Shown here one piece after another: positions 25,583 to 39,072 of a stretch of DNA of 64,000 nucleotides (within the stretch, counting starts at the first letter, position 1; every line of letters starts with the position of its first letter). The position numbers and the translations under genes were made by a program. Origin of the DNA: Octopus vulgaris (lineage: Eukaryota); contig OX597836.1 of NCBI GenBank assembly GCA_951406725.2, positions 22,506,001-22,570,000 of the forward strand. The letters run 5' to 3'. The notes beneath the pieces are model-generated. The model did no database searches, was not told the DNA's origin, and saw nothing but the letters and a program-made list of their open reading frames with translations.

Positions 25583-26182
25583 ACTAACAGGGACCTTAAA
25601 TGTCTGAAAAATGCCAATCAAGAATTTTCAGCATTTTAGCTCTTATTTCTAGCAATGAAGCTGTTTCTAACACCCGTCACATTTAGTGACACTTATACTT
25701 CTCCTTTTTGGTGAAACATTGCAAAGTGCTGTTTATATTAAATTTGTATATACACACATATATATATTTACATAACCATATATAGTTAAGTCAATGGAGC
25801 TGGAGATAATAGACGTCTTAACTGATTTAGAAACAAGGTAGCTTCTCAGTGAAAGTGCTCAATGAATAATTAAAAATTAATTAGACCAAGGATAACGATA
25901 TCTGCGTCACGGAAATAGATTGGAATGAGTCGCTCCAATATAGCGTACATAAACACCTATAGACATAATGTTCCCTTAAATATATGGAAATAGGCATGTG
26001 TGTAGTTGTACATACACACACACACACACACACATACACACACACATGTATATTTTTGTTATACATATATATATTATGTATATATATATATATACACTCA
26101 CATACATACATACATATATTATAAATACCTATGTAACTATATATATATATATATATAGATGTTTTTCTCCATTTTCTTATCT

Positions 26183-26238
<56 letters not shown>

Positions 26239-26619
26239 CATATATGTATATATATATTTATATACACATGTATATATACACGTATATACAAAGACACACA
26301 CATACACACATATATATGTACACATACACATATGAATATATAAACACACATATACATATATATCATTATAAATACCTATGTAATTACATATACAAATATG
26401 TATATGCATATACACATGCACACACATGCATATACATGTGCATGGAGACACAAATATTCACATTGTGTGTGTGTGTGTGTGTGTGTGTGTTTGTGTGTGG
26501 GTGTAAAATTATGATTTCAATGTGTCCTTAGAAGTTAGTGGCAATAATTATACCAGCTGCCTATTTTCAACATCGTCAATATGTAGAGATGTTGCTATAT
26601 TTCATCTCTTCTTACATGT

Positions 26620-27290
26620 GATAGTGATGGTGGTTGTGGTGATGATAGCAGTAGTGGTGGTGGTACGTGGTGGTTGTAGTGGTGGTCGTACTTGGTGGGT
26701 GTAGTGGTGGTTATAACGATGGGATGATGATGGAGGAGGTGATGGTGGTAGTGGTGGTGGTGGTGGTGTTAGTGGTGATGGTAGTAGAGGTGGTGGTATG
26801 TGGTGGTGGTGGTGGTGGTGGTGCTGGCAGTGATAGTAGTAGAGGTGGTGGTATGTGGTGGTGGTGGTGGTGGTGGAGGTGGTGCTGGCAGTGATAGTAG
26901 TAGAGGTGGTGGTATGTGGTGGTGATGGTGGTGCCGGCAGTGATAGTAGTAGAGGTGGTGGTATGTGGTGGTGGTGGTGCCGGCAGTGATAGTAGTAGAG
27001 GTGGTGGTATGTGGTGGTAGTGGTGAATGATGGTGATGGTGGTTGTCTTTTGCTACATATGATAGTGGTGGCAGTCATGTGTGATGGTGTTGGTCACCTT
27101 AATGATTTTAGCATGTTGTAGTAGTGTTATTGTTGTTGTTGTCGTGGTGATGGTGGTGGTAGTGGTGGTGCATGCAGTGTTTCGTGGTGGCAACGTAGTA
27201 GTGTTACTGTGGTGATGTGGTGGTAGTATAGTCACATGTAGCTGTGGTGTGGTGGTAGTATTTTGGTGAGTGTAGAGGCAGTAGTGTTGT
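26620..27290. repeat. (GGT)n-derived tract with an approximately 40-60 bp minisatellite
   Basis: gtgcYggcagtgatagtagtagaggtggtggtatgtggt occurs 4 times at 26820-27015. Confidence 0.9.
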
Positions 27291-27617
27291 TTCTTTTGCC
27301 ATGTTGTTTGTCTTTTAAAATTTTATGAGACAAAAATAGTTTCACGTATTATTTTTAATCATTCTATGACATTTTCATCACCAACATCAACATAACCATC
27401 ATCATAATCATCATCATTGTCGTAGTCATCATCATTTTCATTATCATCATCATCATCATCATTGTTGTCGTCGTCTCGTTGTCATCATCATTATCATCAT
27501 CATCGTCATTGTCGTTACCATCATCAACATCATCATTGCCAATGTTATTATTCATCACCATCAGCAGTAGCAGCATCAGCACCACCACCACCACTACCAC
27601 CACCACCATCAACAGCA

Positions 27618-27800
27618 GTGGAGGCGTAATGGCCCAATGGTTAGGGCAGCGGACTCGCGGTCAGAGGATCGCGGTTTCGATTCCCAGACCGGGCATTGTG
27701 TGTGTTTATTGAGCAAAAACACCTAAAGCTCCACGAGGCTCCAGCAGTGGGTGGTGGCGACCCCTGTTGTACTCTTTCGCTCCAACTTTCTCTCACTCTG
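27618..27800 (+). mobile_element. SINE C, 3'-truncated
   Basis: Family match. Confidence 0.85.
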
Positions 27801-27932
27801 ATGGTGATGAATAATAAAATTGGCACACACACACATATAAGGATAGAGATATATATATATAGAATGAGCTTCTTTCAGTTTCTGACTCACAAGACTTTGG
27901 TTAGCCTGAGGCTACAATAGCACTGCATTTTG

Positions 27933-27972
<40 letters not shown>

Positions 27973-27984
27973 CCTTAAAAATGT

Positions 27985-28224
27985 TTCAGCCCGAAGGCTG
28001 CGGCCATGCTTCTCTTTTACTATTTTACTCTTTTACTTGTTTCAGTCATTTGACTGTGGCCATGCTGGAGCACCGCCTTTAGTCGAGCAAATCGACCCCA
28101 GGACTTATTCTATCAGTCTCTTTTGCCGAACCACTAAGTGATGGTGACATAAACACACCAGCATCAGTTGCCAAGCAATACTAGGGGGACAAACACAGAC
28201 ACACAAACATACACACACACACAC

Positions 28225-28265
<41 letters not shown>

Positions 28266-28408
28266 CACAATGGGCTTCTTTGAGTTTCTGTCTACCAAAT
28301 CCACTTAGAAGGCTTTGGTTGATACTTACTCAAGGTGCCATGCAGTGGGACTGAACCTAGAACCATGTGGTTGGTAAGCAAGCTACTTACCACACAGCCA
28401 CTCCTGCA
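27985..28408 (-). mobile_element. SINE A, full length
   Basis: Family match. Confidence 0.88.
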
Positions 28409-28421
28409 CATATATATATAT

Positions 28422-28611
28422 CATCATCATCATCATCATCGTTTAACGTCCGTTTTCCGCGCTAGCACGGGTTGGACGGTTTGACCGGGGTCTGGGAAGC
28501 CAGGGGCTGCTCCAGGCTCCAGTCTGATCTGGCAGAGTTTCTACGGCTGGATGCCTTTCCTAACGCCAACCACTCCGCGAGTGTAGTGGGTGCTTTTTAC
28601 GTGCCACCTGC

Positions 28612-28612
<1 letters not shown>
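28422..28612 (-). mobile_element. Family D 3' end with (GAT)n tail
   Basis: Matches the reverse complement of 48950-49135. Confidence 0.8.
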
Positions 28613-28638
<26 letters not shown>

Positions 28639-28642
<4 letters not shown>

Positions 28643-28850
28643 TGTGTCTGGGGAGAGTCATTCTCTTTTAGTGCCTTATTATTTAACACAATCACCGGTA
28701 AAATTTCCACTTATTTCTTATTTTTATTTTCTAAAATTTTCATTGCGTCTTGCAACCTTTTCAATAGTCTTGACTCTCAATAGTCAGCAGAATATGCTTC
28801 AACACACGAACTCATATAATGAATCTTGCAAACCAAATCCAAAAACGAAA
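28639..28850. mobile_element. Family F element (inverted 5' part plus forward 3' end) in (TA)n
   Basis: Matches 40754-40892 and 25446-25582. Confidence 0.75.
28731..28767 (-). ncRNA. Candidate minimal hammerhead with U3:A8 core
   Basis: CTA-TTGAAAA-G-GTTGC aagac GCAAT-GAAA-A-TTT-TAG. Confidence 0.55.
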
Positions 28851-28898
28851 TATATATATATAATTTAGAGAAAAACCTCTATTAAATAATTCAATAAT

Positions 28899-28964
<66 letters not shown>

Positions 28965-29475
28965 CAGATGAGTGGTTGGGAGAGCTGTACAAGCCTTGTA
29001 CAGGGATGCTACCATTAAGGTGAGGGTGGGCAATGAGTACAGCGAAGATGCCATGCAGTGGGACTGAACTTGCAACCATGTGGTTGTGAAGCAAGCTTCT
29101 TAACCCCATAGCCACACTTGTGAAACACAACCACATCTGTGCCTCACTTAGGCATGGTTCACATTGCAGGAGATAAAGGGATCTTTAATGGAACAACGCC
29201 ACAAGTTATTTTGTCCGATGTTCCACTAGACTGTATTGATGCAGACATCCAAGAATAAGTCATCGGATGATGATGATTGGAGAACAAACAGACCGAAACA
29301 CTTACTGTGGATGCGAATATTACAAATAAAAGGAAAAAAGGGGGAAAAAGTGTTTTGCTTTCACAGAAAATAGGAGTTATCAGTTGAGAGAGAATATATT
29401 TATTATAATCTGATTAATAGCAACACATCCCAGACAGCTATTCAGATATTTAATAGATGAGTTTTGTGTGTTTGT

Positions 29476-29541
<66 letters not shown>

Positions 29542-29640
29542 ATATATATATATATATATATACTGAAAAAATTGTGTATATATATATATGTATATATGTA
29601 TGTATGTGTATATATATATATATATATACGAGTTATCAGT

Positions 29641-29674
<34 letters not shown>

Positions 29675-29741
29675 ACTGATAACTCGTATGTATGTGTATA
29701 TATATATATATATATATATACGAGTTATCAGTTGATATATA

Positions 29742-29782
<41 letters not shown>

Positions 29783-30094
29783 GTATATATGTTTGTGTGT
29801 GTGTGTATGATGTCGTAAGTCTGATATGTTTTGACATATCCATTCCAACAACACAAGACATTGAAGAATGCAAACGAATCCACAGTTAATGGCTTTGGCA
29901 GCCATGATTATTGTCTGAAGAAACCATTCCAAGTGAGGTCAGTCTACTAAGAATCTCAAAAACCTCTTGCTAAAGAATTTCTTTGACTTTGTGTGAATGT
30001 GTCTGTGTGTAGGCATAACCTCAATACAAATGTGTATGTATGTATATATGTATACATTTATACATATATACACACACATACACACATACATACA

Positions 30095-30125
<31 letters not shown>

Positions 30126-30261
30126 TTATATTATGTATATAAATATATATATATGTATATATTATGTGTGTGTGTGTATATATGTTTATATATTATGTAT
30201 GTGTATATATATATATGTGTGTGTGTGTATATATATTATTATGTGCATATATAAAAATATA

Positions 30262-30840
30262 TATATATAAGGGGGATGACCACTATGTGGACATCCATTA
30301 TGCTAGAGTTAGACCCCATACGGTCTGACCACTAAGAAAAAATTGTTCTCAAGAAAATTTAGCAAACGTCAGAACGTAAGCGAGCAAGACAAATGAAAAG
30401 ATACAAAATATAAAGATTAACCACAAAGCCGATTTTGTTGTTACCATTTACATAATTACTTATGTAATTGTCCGCAACTCATCAGTGTGATTGTCATAGC
30501 AAAATATAATTTGCAGAACTATATACAAAACATCCACATGAGATTGAACATGCATATAGTTCTACCAATTACATTTGGGGTTATATTTCAAAACTCTTCA
30601 TTTTGGCACGCCAAAATACTGGAAAGAATTCTGCAGAAAATAATTCCTGCAGCGAATTTTGCCGGTTGGAGGACATGGTTATTAAAATATAAATAATAAG
30701 GGTGAAAAATTGAATATTGATTTGATGAATATCAATTTAAAACCAGTGGCCTAGCATATTGAAAAATCTGAAGATTCAGAAAAATTATATTACATATATA
30801 TAAGAGGGATGATCACTAAGTGGACATCCATTATGCTAGT
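30262..30840 (-). mobile_element. Family H: about 533-bp monomer plus a partial repeat, with a degenerate hammerhead at 30422-30489
   Basis: gtggacatccattatgctag at 30287 and 30820; minus strand CACA-CTGATGA-GTTG..CAAC-aAAA-tcggc-tt-TGTG. Confidence 0.6.
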
Positions 30841-31061
30841 TAATTTGGGATTCCTTAATGACAATGTAACCTTCATATAATTAAGGTGTCTTTGGCTTGA
30901 TGAGTAGCTGGCTGAGTACCCCTTGTTAAGTAATTATTACACCAGGGGATCTGCTAGCTAGGGCACATATGTAGCCTGGACTTCGCCTGTTCCACTCCCT
31001 CAATTTGGATCACACATACACACAGTGACACATATATAGTATAAATATTTATACATGCACA

Positions 31062-31100
<39 letters not shown>

Positions 31101-31104
<4 letters not shown>

Positions 31105-31178
31105 TTAGAGATAAAACCACTATTAGGCAAATCAAACAATGAAAAACATAAGCCAATAGTGGTTTTATCTCTAATTTA
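31101..31178. repeat. Perfect 24-bp inverted repeat adjoining (TA)n; related fragment at 44280-44336
   Basis: taaattagagataaaaccactatt / aatagtggttttatctctaattta. Confidence 0.8.
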
Positions 31179-31278
31179 ATATAATATAATATAATATATT
31201 TATACTATAAAATTGGATTTAATCCTAAATCTGATTTTTCCCTGTAAGTTTGGATTTATTCCCTAATATTTTATTATA

Positions 31279-31322
<44 letters not shown>

Positions 31323-32431
31323 TACACACGAAATATATCAATATATATATGGTATTTGTCTTTATATATTACTTTTTGTGTGAGTAACACTTTAGTGATT
31401 GAAGCTGTTGAATTTGTTTCATTTAATACTTTCTGAATCATTTGCCGCAAGCTGAAGTCATTCTGTATATTTTTTGTATTTGAAAGTCCATTCTGCTGTC
31501 TTCTTTGTCTTATAATGCTTACTGCTTTAATATTCATAAATTCTGATGATTCACTGTGCATTGCAACATTTGTAAGAGATTTCTTCATCAGTATTATCAC
31601 ATGAGCCTGACGGTTTGTTTTTTATTTTTTACTATTATTTATATATTATATACATGAAAGTGATAAACTCCACCAAATAACTGACCAATCCCATTATCTG
31701 CTGTCTCATTCTCCAATACTTTAAGATAACACCTCACAATATGGATGTTATTAATACACTGTGATTAAGCAGAACAAAAACCAGTAATCATTTGAAGTTA
31801 CAGATTGAAATTTAAACATGCCAAGGTGGTATATACATACAAGAAATATGTTTATACAAGAAATATTATTCTTCAGGAACTTTTGCAGAGAATATAAATG
31901 ATAATACCTATTATGTACATTTGTAGCTTTTGCACAGAATGTATCAAATATGTTGGAAATGCTTAGCTTTAGCTTAAACTAAACCTGCTTCCTGAAAATC
32001 ATTAGAAAAAATGCTTTCTTGCAAACCTTTAGAAAATCAATGTAACCTGAATGTACGTTAATGTACCCATGTACAAAATATGTATATATCTTGGTAGTTT
32101 TGAATACAGATTTTGAATACATATTTGTTTGAATACGACATTTGTGAAATTAGGTAGAATATAGCATAATATAGAATAATGATTGAATAATTGACTTCAA
32201 AAGATTATACATATTAAAAGCAATCAAACCTGTATAATACTTGAGGAGTGATAAATACAGGTATTATTTCCTCCTATCCTCTTGAGTACATTGGACACCA
32301 AGTTAATGTCACTGATTTCTATTGGCTAATATTTTCTTTACATCTGGTCATGTGACATTGGCTTTTCTCATGTCAGTTATGAATGTTCTACAACATGTTA
32401 ATTTTGATCTTCCTCTCTCCCACCTTACTCT

Positions 32432-32639
32432 CTTTACTCTTTTACTTGTTTCAGTCATTTGACTGTGGCCATGCTGGAGCACTGCCTTTAATCGAGCAAC
32501 TCGACCCCGGGACTTATTCTTTTTGTAAGCCCAGTACTTATTCTATCGGTCTCTTTTGCCGAACCGCTAAGTAACGGGGACATAAACACACCAGCATCGG
32601 TTGTCAAGCAATGCTAGGGGGACAAACACAGACACACAT

Positions 32640-32682
<43 letters not shown>

Positions 32683-32848
32683 TACGACGGGCTTCTTTCA
32701 GTTTCCGTCTACCAAATCCACTCACAAGGCTTTGGTCGGCCCGAGGCTATAGTAGAAGACACTTGCCCAAGGTGCCACGCAGTGGGACTGAACCCAGAAC
32801 CATGTGGTTGGTAAACAAACTACTTACCACACAGCCACTCCTGCGCCT
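32432..32848 (-). mobile_element. SINE A, full length, low divergence
   Basis: Family match. Confidence 0.9.
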
Positions 32849-32919
32849 GTGGTTTCCTTTTGTAAATTGTTTTAGAATAGCATTGTTCTGGTTGTATGTG
32901 ACCTGCTAGTTTCAACCCA

Positions 32920-33107
32920 TTAACCCAACTATATCTGACCCAAATATTCATGTTTCATGCTCAAACTGATCAGATCTGGCCTTTCACACCGACCTTATAA
33001 TGTCTCACTGAAAGTAATCAGTCTTCAAAATCTCTAAGCTATGAGATATCATGTGATTAATTCAAAGCATTGCATTTTATAGAATAATCTGAATGCTAAA
33101 GGGTTAA
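32920..33107. mobile_element. piggyBac-type MITE2, diverged
   Basis: Ends gaatgctaaagggTTAA; reverse-complement similarity to 49749-49969. Confidence 0.65.
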
Positions 33108-33109
33108 TC

Positions 33110-33235
33110 TTTGTTTTGTAATGGTTTTGCCAAGCTGTCTTGTGTTGGCTCTCTTTAAACTGTTTTTAATGGCTATGTGGTCTTGCCAGGATGTCCTCAG
33201 AATCTTTGTCAGGCATCTTTGGTGGAGCACATCTG
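33110..33235 (-). pseudogene. RTE-clade LINE internal fragment
   Basis: Minus translation DVLHQRCLTKILRTSWQDHI resembles RTE 'FHxRCLRxILxIxWQDxI'. Confidence 0.65.
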
Positions 33236-33720
33236 TTGATCACAAGAGGACCCTTGTGGGCAATAAAGAAATAAGACATATACACATACAATGGACTACT
33301 TTAATTTTCTGTCTCCCAAATTTACTGACAAAGCCTTGATTGGTCTGGGACAGAACCAGAAACCATGTGACTAGGAAGGAAACATCTTAATCACATAGCC
33401 ATGCTAAACCAAGAAGCAGATTAATCTCACCACGCATATATGTGCATGGCAGGATTTGAACTCGGCATTCAACACAAAGAACTGGGAAAAACACTGAACG
33501 GTATCTCTCTCTCTCTCTGACACTCCAGTGATTCTTTTAGTCCAGTGCCATGGATTGGTTGGCTGTCAATTGCGTAATTACAAATTAAGTGCAATTATTT
33601 TGAATGTTGGCGATGTTCATGGTTCATTTGCTATTAATGTTTTTAAATTAATATTGTAAAGTGTATAAACAAAACCTTTAGAGTAATGGCTGCTGTTAGT
33701 GATGAGAGGGAAAGAGAGAT

Positions 33721-33762
<42 letters not shown>

Positions 33763-34287
33763 GGAGAGAAAGGGGAGAGGGAGAGAGCTGTCGGTGAGAG
33801 TTCTTTGTTTCATGGTAAATGGACAGATAATTATATATTTTGTACAAGTAAATGGAATGTGTGTGCATATGTGTGCATGAGTTTGTGAGGATGGATGCGC
33901 GTATGCAACACTGTGTGCATGTGCATGCGTATAAGTGTGTGTTCATGTGCACCTGCTTCACTCTGTGTGTGTATGTGTGTTTGCATGTGTGCATGTATGT
34001 GCACCTGCATGTAGCTGTGTACACGTGCAAGCCTATGCAAGTGAGTGTGCAGGTGTATGCATGTCTGTGCATATATGCACATGTGTATGCCTGTGTATAT
34101 GTGTTTGCACATACATGTGCATGTATATGTGTGCAGCTTATATGCAAGCACATGTGCATGTGTGTGCATGTTTTTGCAGATATGCACATGAGTGTGCATT
34201 TATGTACATATGTATGCAGGTTTGTGCATATATGTGCATGTGTATGCCTGTGCACATGCATGCTCACACACACATGTGTGTGTCACA

Positions 34288-34689
34288 TTTACTCTTTTAC
34301 TCTTTTGCTCGTTTCAGTCATATGACTGTGGCCATGCTGGAGCACCACCTTTAGTCGAGCAAATCGACCCCAGAACTTATTCATTGTAAGCCTAATACTT
34401 ATTCTATCAGTCACTTTTGCCGAACCGCTAAGTTATGGGGATGTAACACACCAGCATCGGTTGTCAAGCGATGTTGGGGCGACAAACACAGACATATACA
34501 CATACATATGTATATATATATATATATATATATGACGGGCTTCTTTCAGTTTCCGTCTACTAAATCCACTCACAAGGCTTTGGTCAGCTCAAGGGTATAG
34601 TAGAAGACACTTGCCCAAGGTGCCATGCAGTGGGACTGAACCCGGAACCATGTGGTTGGTAAGCAAGCTACTTACCACACAGCCACTCT
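34288..34689 (-). mobile_element. SINE A, full length
   Basis: Family match. Confidence 0.9.
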
Positions 34690-34989
34690 ATGAAAGAAGC
34701 TGGCCTTGAATGTCATTCTTTGCTAAAATGCAACAGAACAAAACTCCATTGTTTCAGCCGTTCAGCCAAGCTGGCAATTTTCGTTAAAAAGCAGTAATAA
34801 TTTATTATCCAGATATATATCAATGACAATATTACCGTGACACAATCAAATTATGATAAGATATTCTCTCTGGCACACGCAGATGCCATCTTGAATGAGT
34901 TTATTTCCCCCTCGTCTGCAACTGTGCATTCACTCTTGGTGATTGCAATCAATGGATTTGCTGCTAATGATGTCACTCATCAGCTTTAT

Positions 34990-35200
34990 AGGTGCAGGCG
35001 TGGATCTGCGGTAAGGAGCTTACTTCCCAGACACGTGGATTTGGGTTCAGTCCCACTGCACGGCACATGGCACCTTGGGTCTCTTTTGCTATAGCCTCGA
35101 GCCGACTAAAGCCTTGTGAGCAGATTTGGTAGAGGGGAAACTGAAAGAAGACAGTTGTATGTTTGTGTATATATATATATATGTGTGTTTGTCTGTGTGT
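34990..35200 (+). mobile_element. SINE A, 5' half
   Basis: Family match. Confidence 0.75.
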
Positions 35201-35224
35201 GTGTATATATGTTTTTTTATATAT

Positions 35225-35356
35225 AAGAAAATACAAAAATGGGACAAGAACACAAAACATCCAGACAGACAATGCAAAGAAAACAAGGACAGGTCATTCG
35301 GAGTTTACTATCCTCAGTCGAGTTCCAGATCATCTTTGCAATTTCAGCTGGTTATA
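35225..35356. repeat. Family G fragment in (TA)n
   Basis: Matches 41425-41592. Confidence 0.75.
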
Positions 35357-35427
<71 letters not shown>

Positions 35428-35522
35428 GAAATAAAGTGTCTTGCTCAAGGATATAATGTGTCACCAGGAATCAAACACACAATACCCTAATCACCAAGCC
35501 CTGTGCCTTCACTTAATAAAAC

Positions 35523-36005
35523 TACCATAAATCCTCGAGTATAGTCTGCCCTTGAGTATAATACACAGGAGATTTTTAGGGGGTTGTACCACTGAAAAAC
35601 CGAAACCTTATGTATAATACACATCCCTTCTCTAACTTGAGTCAAGGAGGTCTATATAACGTCTTTGGTTTGTAAAAATGTATACGATAACGTCCTTTAT
35701 TATTATTGTATATATAACATAATGCAAACGTGTAGTTTTTTTATGCATTTTGTTTGCAGAAAATAAAGAAATAACAGTAATAACGTTTAATAAATGTTGT
35801 TTACTGCAAGTTATGGATGATTCTTTTATGACTTCATTGCTTTCAGGCTTAGCTTAATGAATAAACATTGCCAGACAGTAAATCAAGACTCGGACATTGC
35901 TTAGAAAATAATTTTCCTTTTTAACCTCGTATATAGTACGCACTAGGGATTTTGACCTTTAAATTTTGGGAAAAAAATGCGGATTATACTTGAGGATTTA
36001 CGGTA
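35523..36005. mobile_element. TcMar (Tc2/pogo-like) MITE, about 479 bp, TA TSD
   Basis: TA-ccataaatcctcgagtata ... tatacttgaggatttacgg-TA terminal inverted repeats. Confidence 0.85.
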
Positions 36006-36369
36006 TTTAGTTTGCAAGTACAAACTTGTAACCAGTTCAAATATGCATGGGGTATATTTGAGCCAATAAGAAATCCATCCACTGTCTTTTGTGGTAGAGA
36101 AAATGTCTCTCTGTAGACAAATGATGTAGGTGTTTTTACAGCAGGTATATTAATACCATTTGACTACAGTAAGAAATTTTCTCTGCAACAAAACACAGTG
36201 AATTTTTTCTCACAGGTCTGAATATGCCTCAAGGCATATTTGAACTGGTAATAACCTCGTATTTACACACCTCACTGCTTAGCACTGCCGATTGGTGCTG
36301 ACAGTCATTGTATAATGAGAGGAATAACCACAATAGAGGCAATTTTGCTTATCAATTCACAGCACACTC

Positions 36370-36601
36370 TGTCCTGGATGGGACGCCGGTCTGTCGCAGG
36401 TGAGCTGCAAGATGCATGAGGAAAGAGTGAGAGAAAGTTGTGGTGAAAGGGTGAGCAGAAGTTCGCCATTACCTTCTGCCGGAGCCGCATGGAGCTTAGG
36501 TGTTTCGCTCATAAACACACACATCGCCCGGTCTGAGATTCGAACCCGCGATCCCCTGACTGCGAGTCCACTGCTCTAACCACTAGGCCATGTGCCTCCA
36601 C
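36370..36601 (-). mobile_element. SINE C with V-like tail (truncated)
   Basis: Reverse complement of 15611-15840. Confidence 0.85.
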
Positions 36602-36784
36602 TATTTACACCATTCGTCTACAACAAGAGATTTTCTCCCTGACAAAACACAACGAATGGTTTTCTTGAGGGTTCAAATATGCCCCAGTATATTTGAACAG
36701 GTAATACACCTTGTATTTACACACATCACTGCTTTGTGCTGCCACCCTCTCCTTAATTTGCATCTTATTATAATAATAATAAGT

Positions 36785-37163
36785 AGGAGTGGCTGTGTGG
36801 TAAGTAGCTTGTTTACTAACCACATGGTTCCGGGTTCAGTCCCACTGCGTGGCACCTTGGGCAAGTGTCTTCTGCTATAGCCTTGTGAGTGGATTTGGTA
36901 GACGGAAACTGGAAGAAGCCCGTCGTATATATATATGCGTGTGTGTGTTTGTGTGTCTGTGTTTGTCCCCCTAGCATTGCTTGACAACCTAGCTTGCTGG
37001 TGTGTTTATGTCCCCGTTACTTAGCAGTTCGGCAAAAGAGACCGGTAGAATAAGTACAATAAGTACTGGGCTTACAAAAGAATAAGTCCCGGGGTCGAGT
37101 TGCTCGATTAAAGGCAGTGCTCCAGCATGGCCACAGTCAAATGACTGAAACAAGTAAAAGAGT
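36785..37163 (+). mobile_element. SINE A, full length
   Basis: Family match. Confidence 0.9.
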
Positions 37164-38222
37164 GAAAAAAAAAAAGAGTAAGTCTTGGTCTCATGTTGCT
37201 TTAGAGATGTTAATTGGCTCTGATGATGTGACAATTCATTGTTTGATCTACAAGAATGTTGTTGTTGTCTGTAAGTTGTCCTTGACTAAATTTAATGTTG
37301 AGAAAATCTCTTCAGAGCAGTAAGTGGTAGAGAAACATCAATGCCGTTTTCAATGTATGATTCCTTAAAGAAGGATGGCCATTTCTTTCTTTTTTTTTTT
37401 TTTCAGTATCTATAGAAGATATCTAACATTCCAAAATAGATAACTTATTGAATTTAAATATCAAAATATTATGTAACTGTAAATGAATAAAGTCAAGTTA
37501 TGGCATTACATCAAAAGATTTTTTTTCTCTATATTTGTAGTTTGGGGTGGAGTGGGGGGTGGGGTCATGATTCTGAAAAATTTTTCAAAAATTCTTTTGA
37601 AATAGAAATAAATAAATAAATAATTTGAAATTCTCTGTGACATGTTCTGCCATCGATTCTGGTTTTTATTTCATTCAGTGTTTGAAAATAAAACAGCTTT
37701 GGTGTTGTTTGTTTGTTTATTTACTTTTTTTTTTTTTTGTAGAATTTCAAACAAATAATATTCAAAGTTCCTGATATTACCAAGAGACATAATAAACTAA
37801 TATCACTCAGCTCTTGGAGTTTCAAACTTTAAATCTTTTATGTAACCAGTGACACCAATTAAAAATGCCAAATCGCATAATCATTTTTAGAGCTTTAATT
37901 CCATTACGACAATGTCTTTAACATCCATGAAGAGTTTCATTTCATCTTTCAGCTCAAAGAAGCATTAGATATGCCAGTATTATATTCCCTGAATTATGAC
38001 AAAGCTGGTGGTGCGGTACCATAATTTGGTTATAGTCACAGAGAATGAATTCCACAGACAACAACAGCGAGATTCTATGTCTGGAATTTATTGTCTTTTA
38101 ATATGACAAAGACTGTCTGATATTTGGTCCTCATTTTAAAATTCTGATAATTTCTTCAATAAAACATCAAATGTCAGATACAAGCTGTTTGGTATTTATT
38201 AAAGGAAAGTCTTTGTTGCCTT

Positions 38223-38270
<48 letters not shown>

Positions 38271-39038
38271 TGTATGTTTGTGTGTATGCCTCAAGCATAT
38301 TCACGCTAATAACAATATTACTTTTACTCCATGCACACTGACATATTTACATATGTTCATATGTATGTCTGTCTGTGTGTTTATGTGTGTGTGTGGGTGT
38401 GTGTGTATGTGTGTGATCAGAGATACACATATTGTCAGCCACTAAGGGACATGCTCAACTGGTTAAGGTCAAACAACTGACAAGCAAATCTGTGGTATTG
38501 AGCAGAATATCTGCTGTAGCCCATCTTTTATACCGAGACAATACAATGTACATGATAACACTTGTTGCTGCTTAATGTGTAGGAAAGGTGTTGGCAGAAA
38601 TTCCATATCATGTACCCAGTCCAAGTTTTGGACACACAAGAGGTGCTGTGGAATCACAGGAAGATTAACAGTGATGCACAGGTGCCATAGAGTCCAAGGT
38701 TGCATACGAAATTGATTTTTTCAAACGCCCTGGGGGTCCATATTGTAGAGAGGTTGGCATTTGGAAAGGCACCATGTTAAAGCAGATATTGGTGCATGAA
38801 GCCACCCTTGAATACATCAAATCTTATTAAACCATCCAAATATGGAATATAGACTTTAAATGATGATGGTACACACCAGTGTCGTATGGTACCACCAAAT
38901 TTCGAGCAGAAGTATAACAAACGTTTTCCATTAAGATTTGTGATTAAATTAATGAGTAAGGTTAATTTGCATTTTTGATGGGTGTGCAACACGCACCAAA
39001 CACACCCATAATATATGTCCTTGGTACACACACACACA

Positions 39039-39072
<34 letters not shown>

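Noticed and set aside
29165-29260. Possible terminal exon (GDKGIFNGTTPQVILSDVPLDCIDADIQE*)
   Set aside because: Short, with no recognisable homology and no other exons.
31560-31595. Minus-strand ctgatgaagaaatctcttacaaatgtt as a hammerhead
   Set aside because: No GAAA in register, no stem I, single copy.
1944-36601. SINE heads as true tRNA genes
   Set aside because: No closed acceptor stem or Pol III terminator; each continues into a SINE body and is multicopy.
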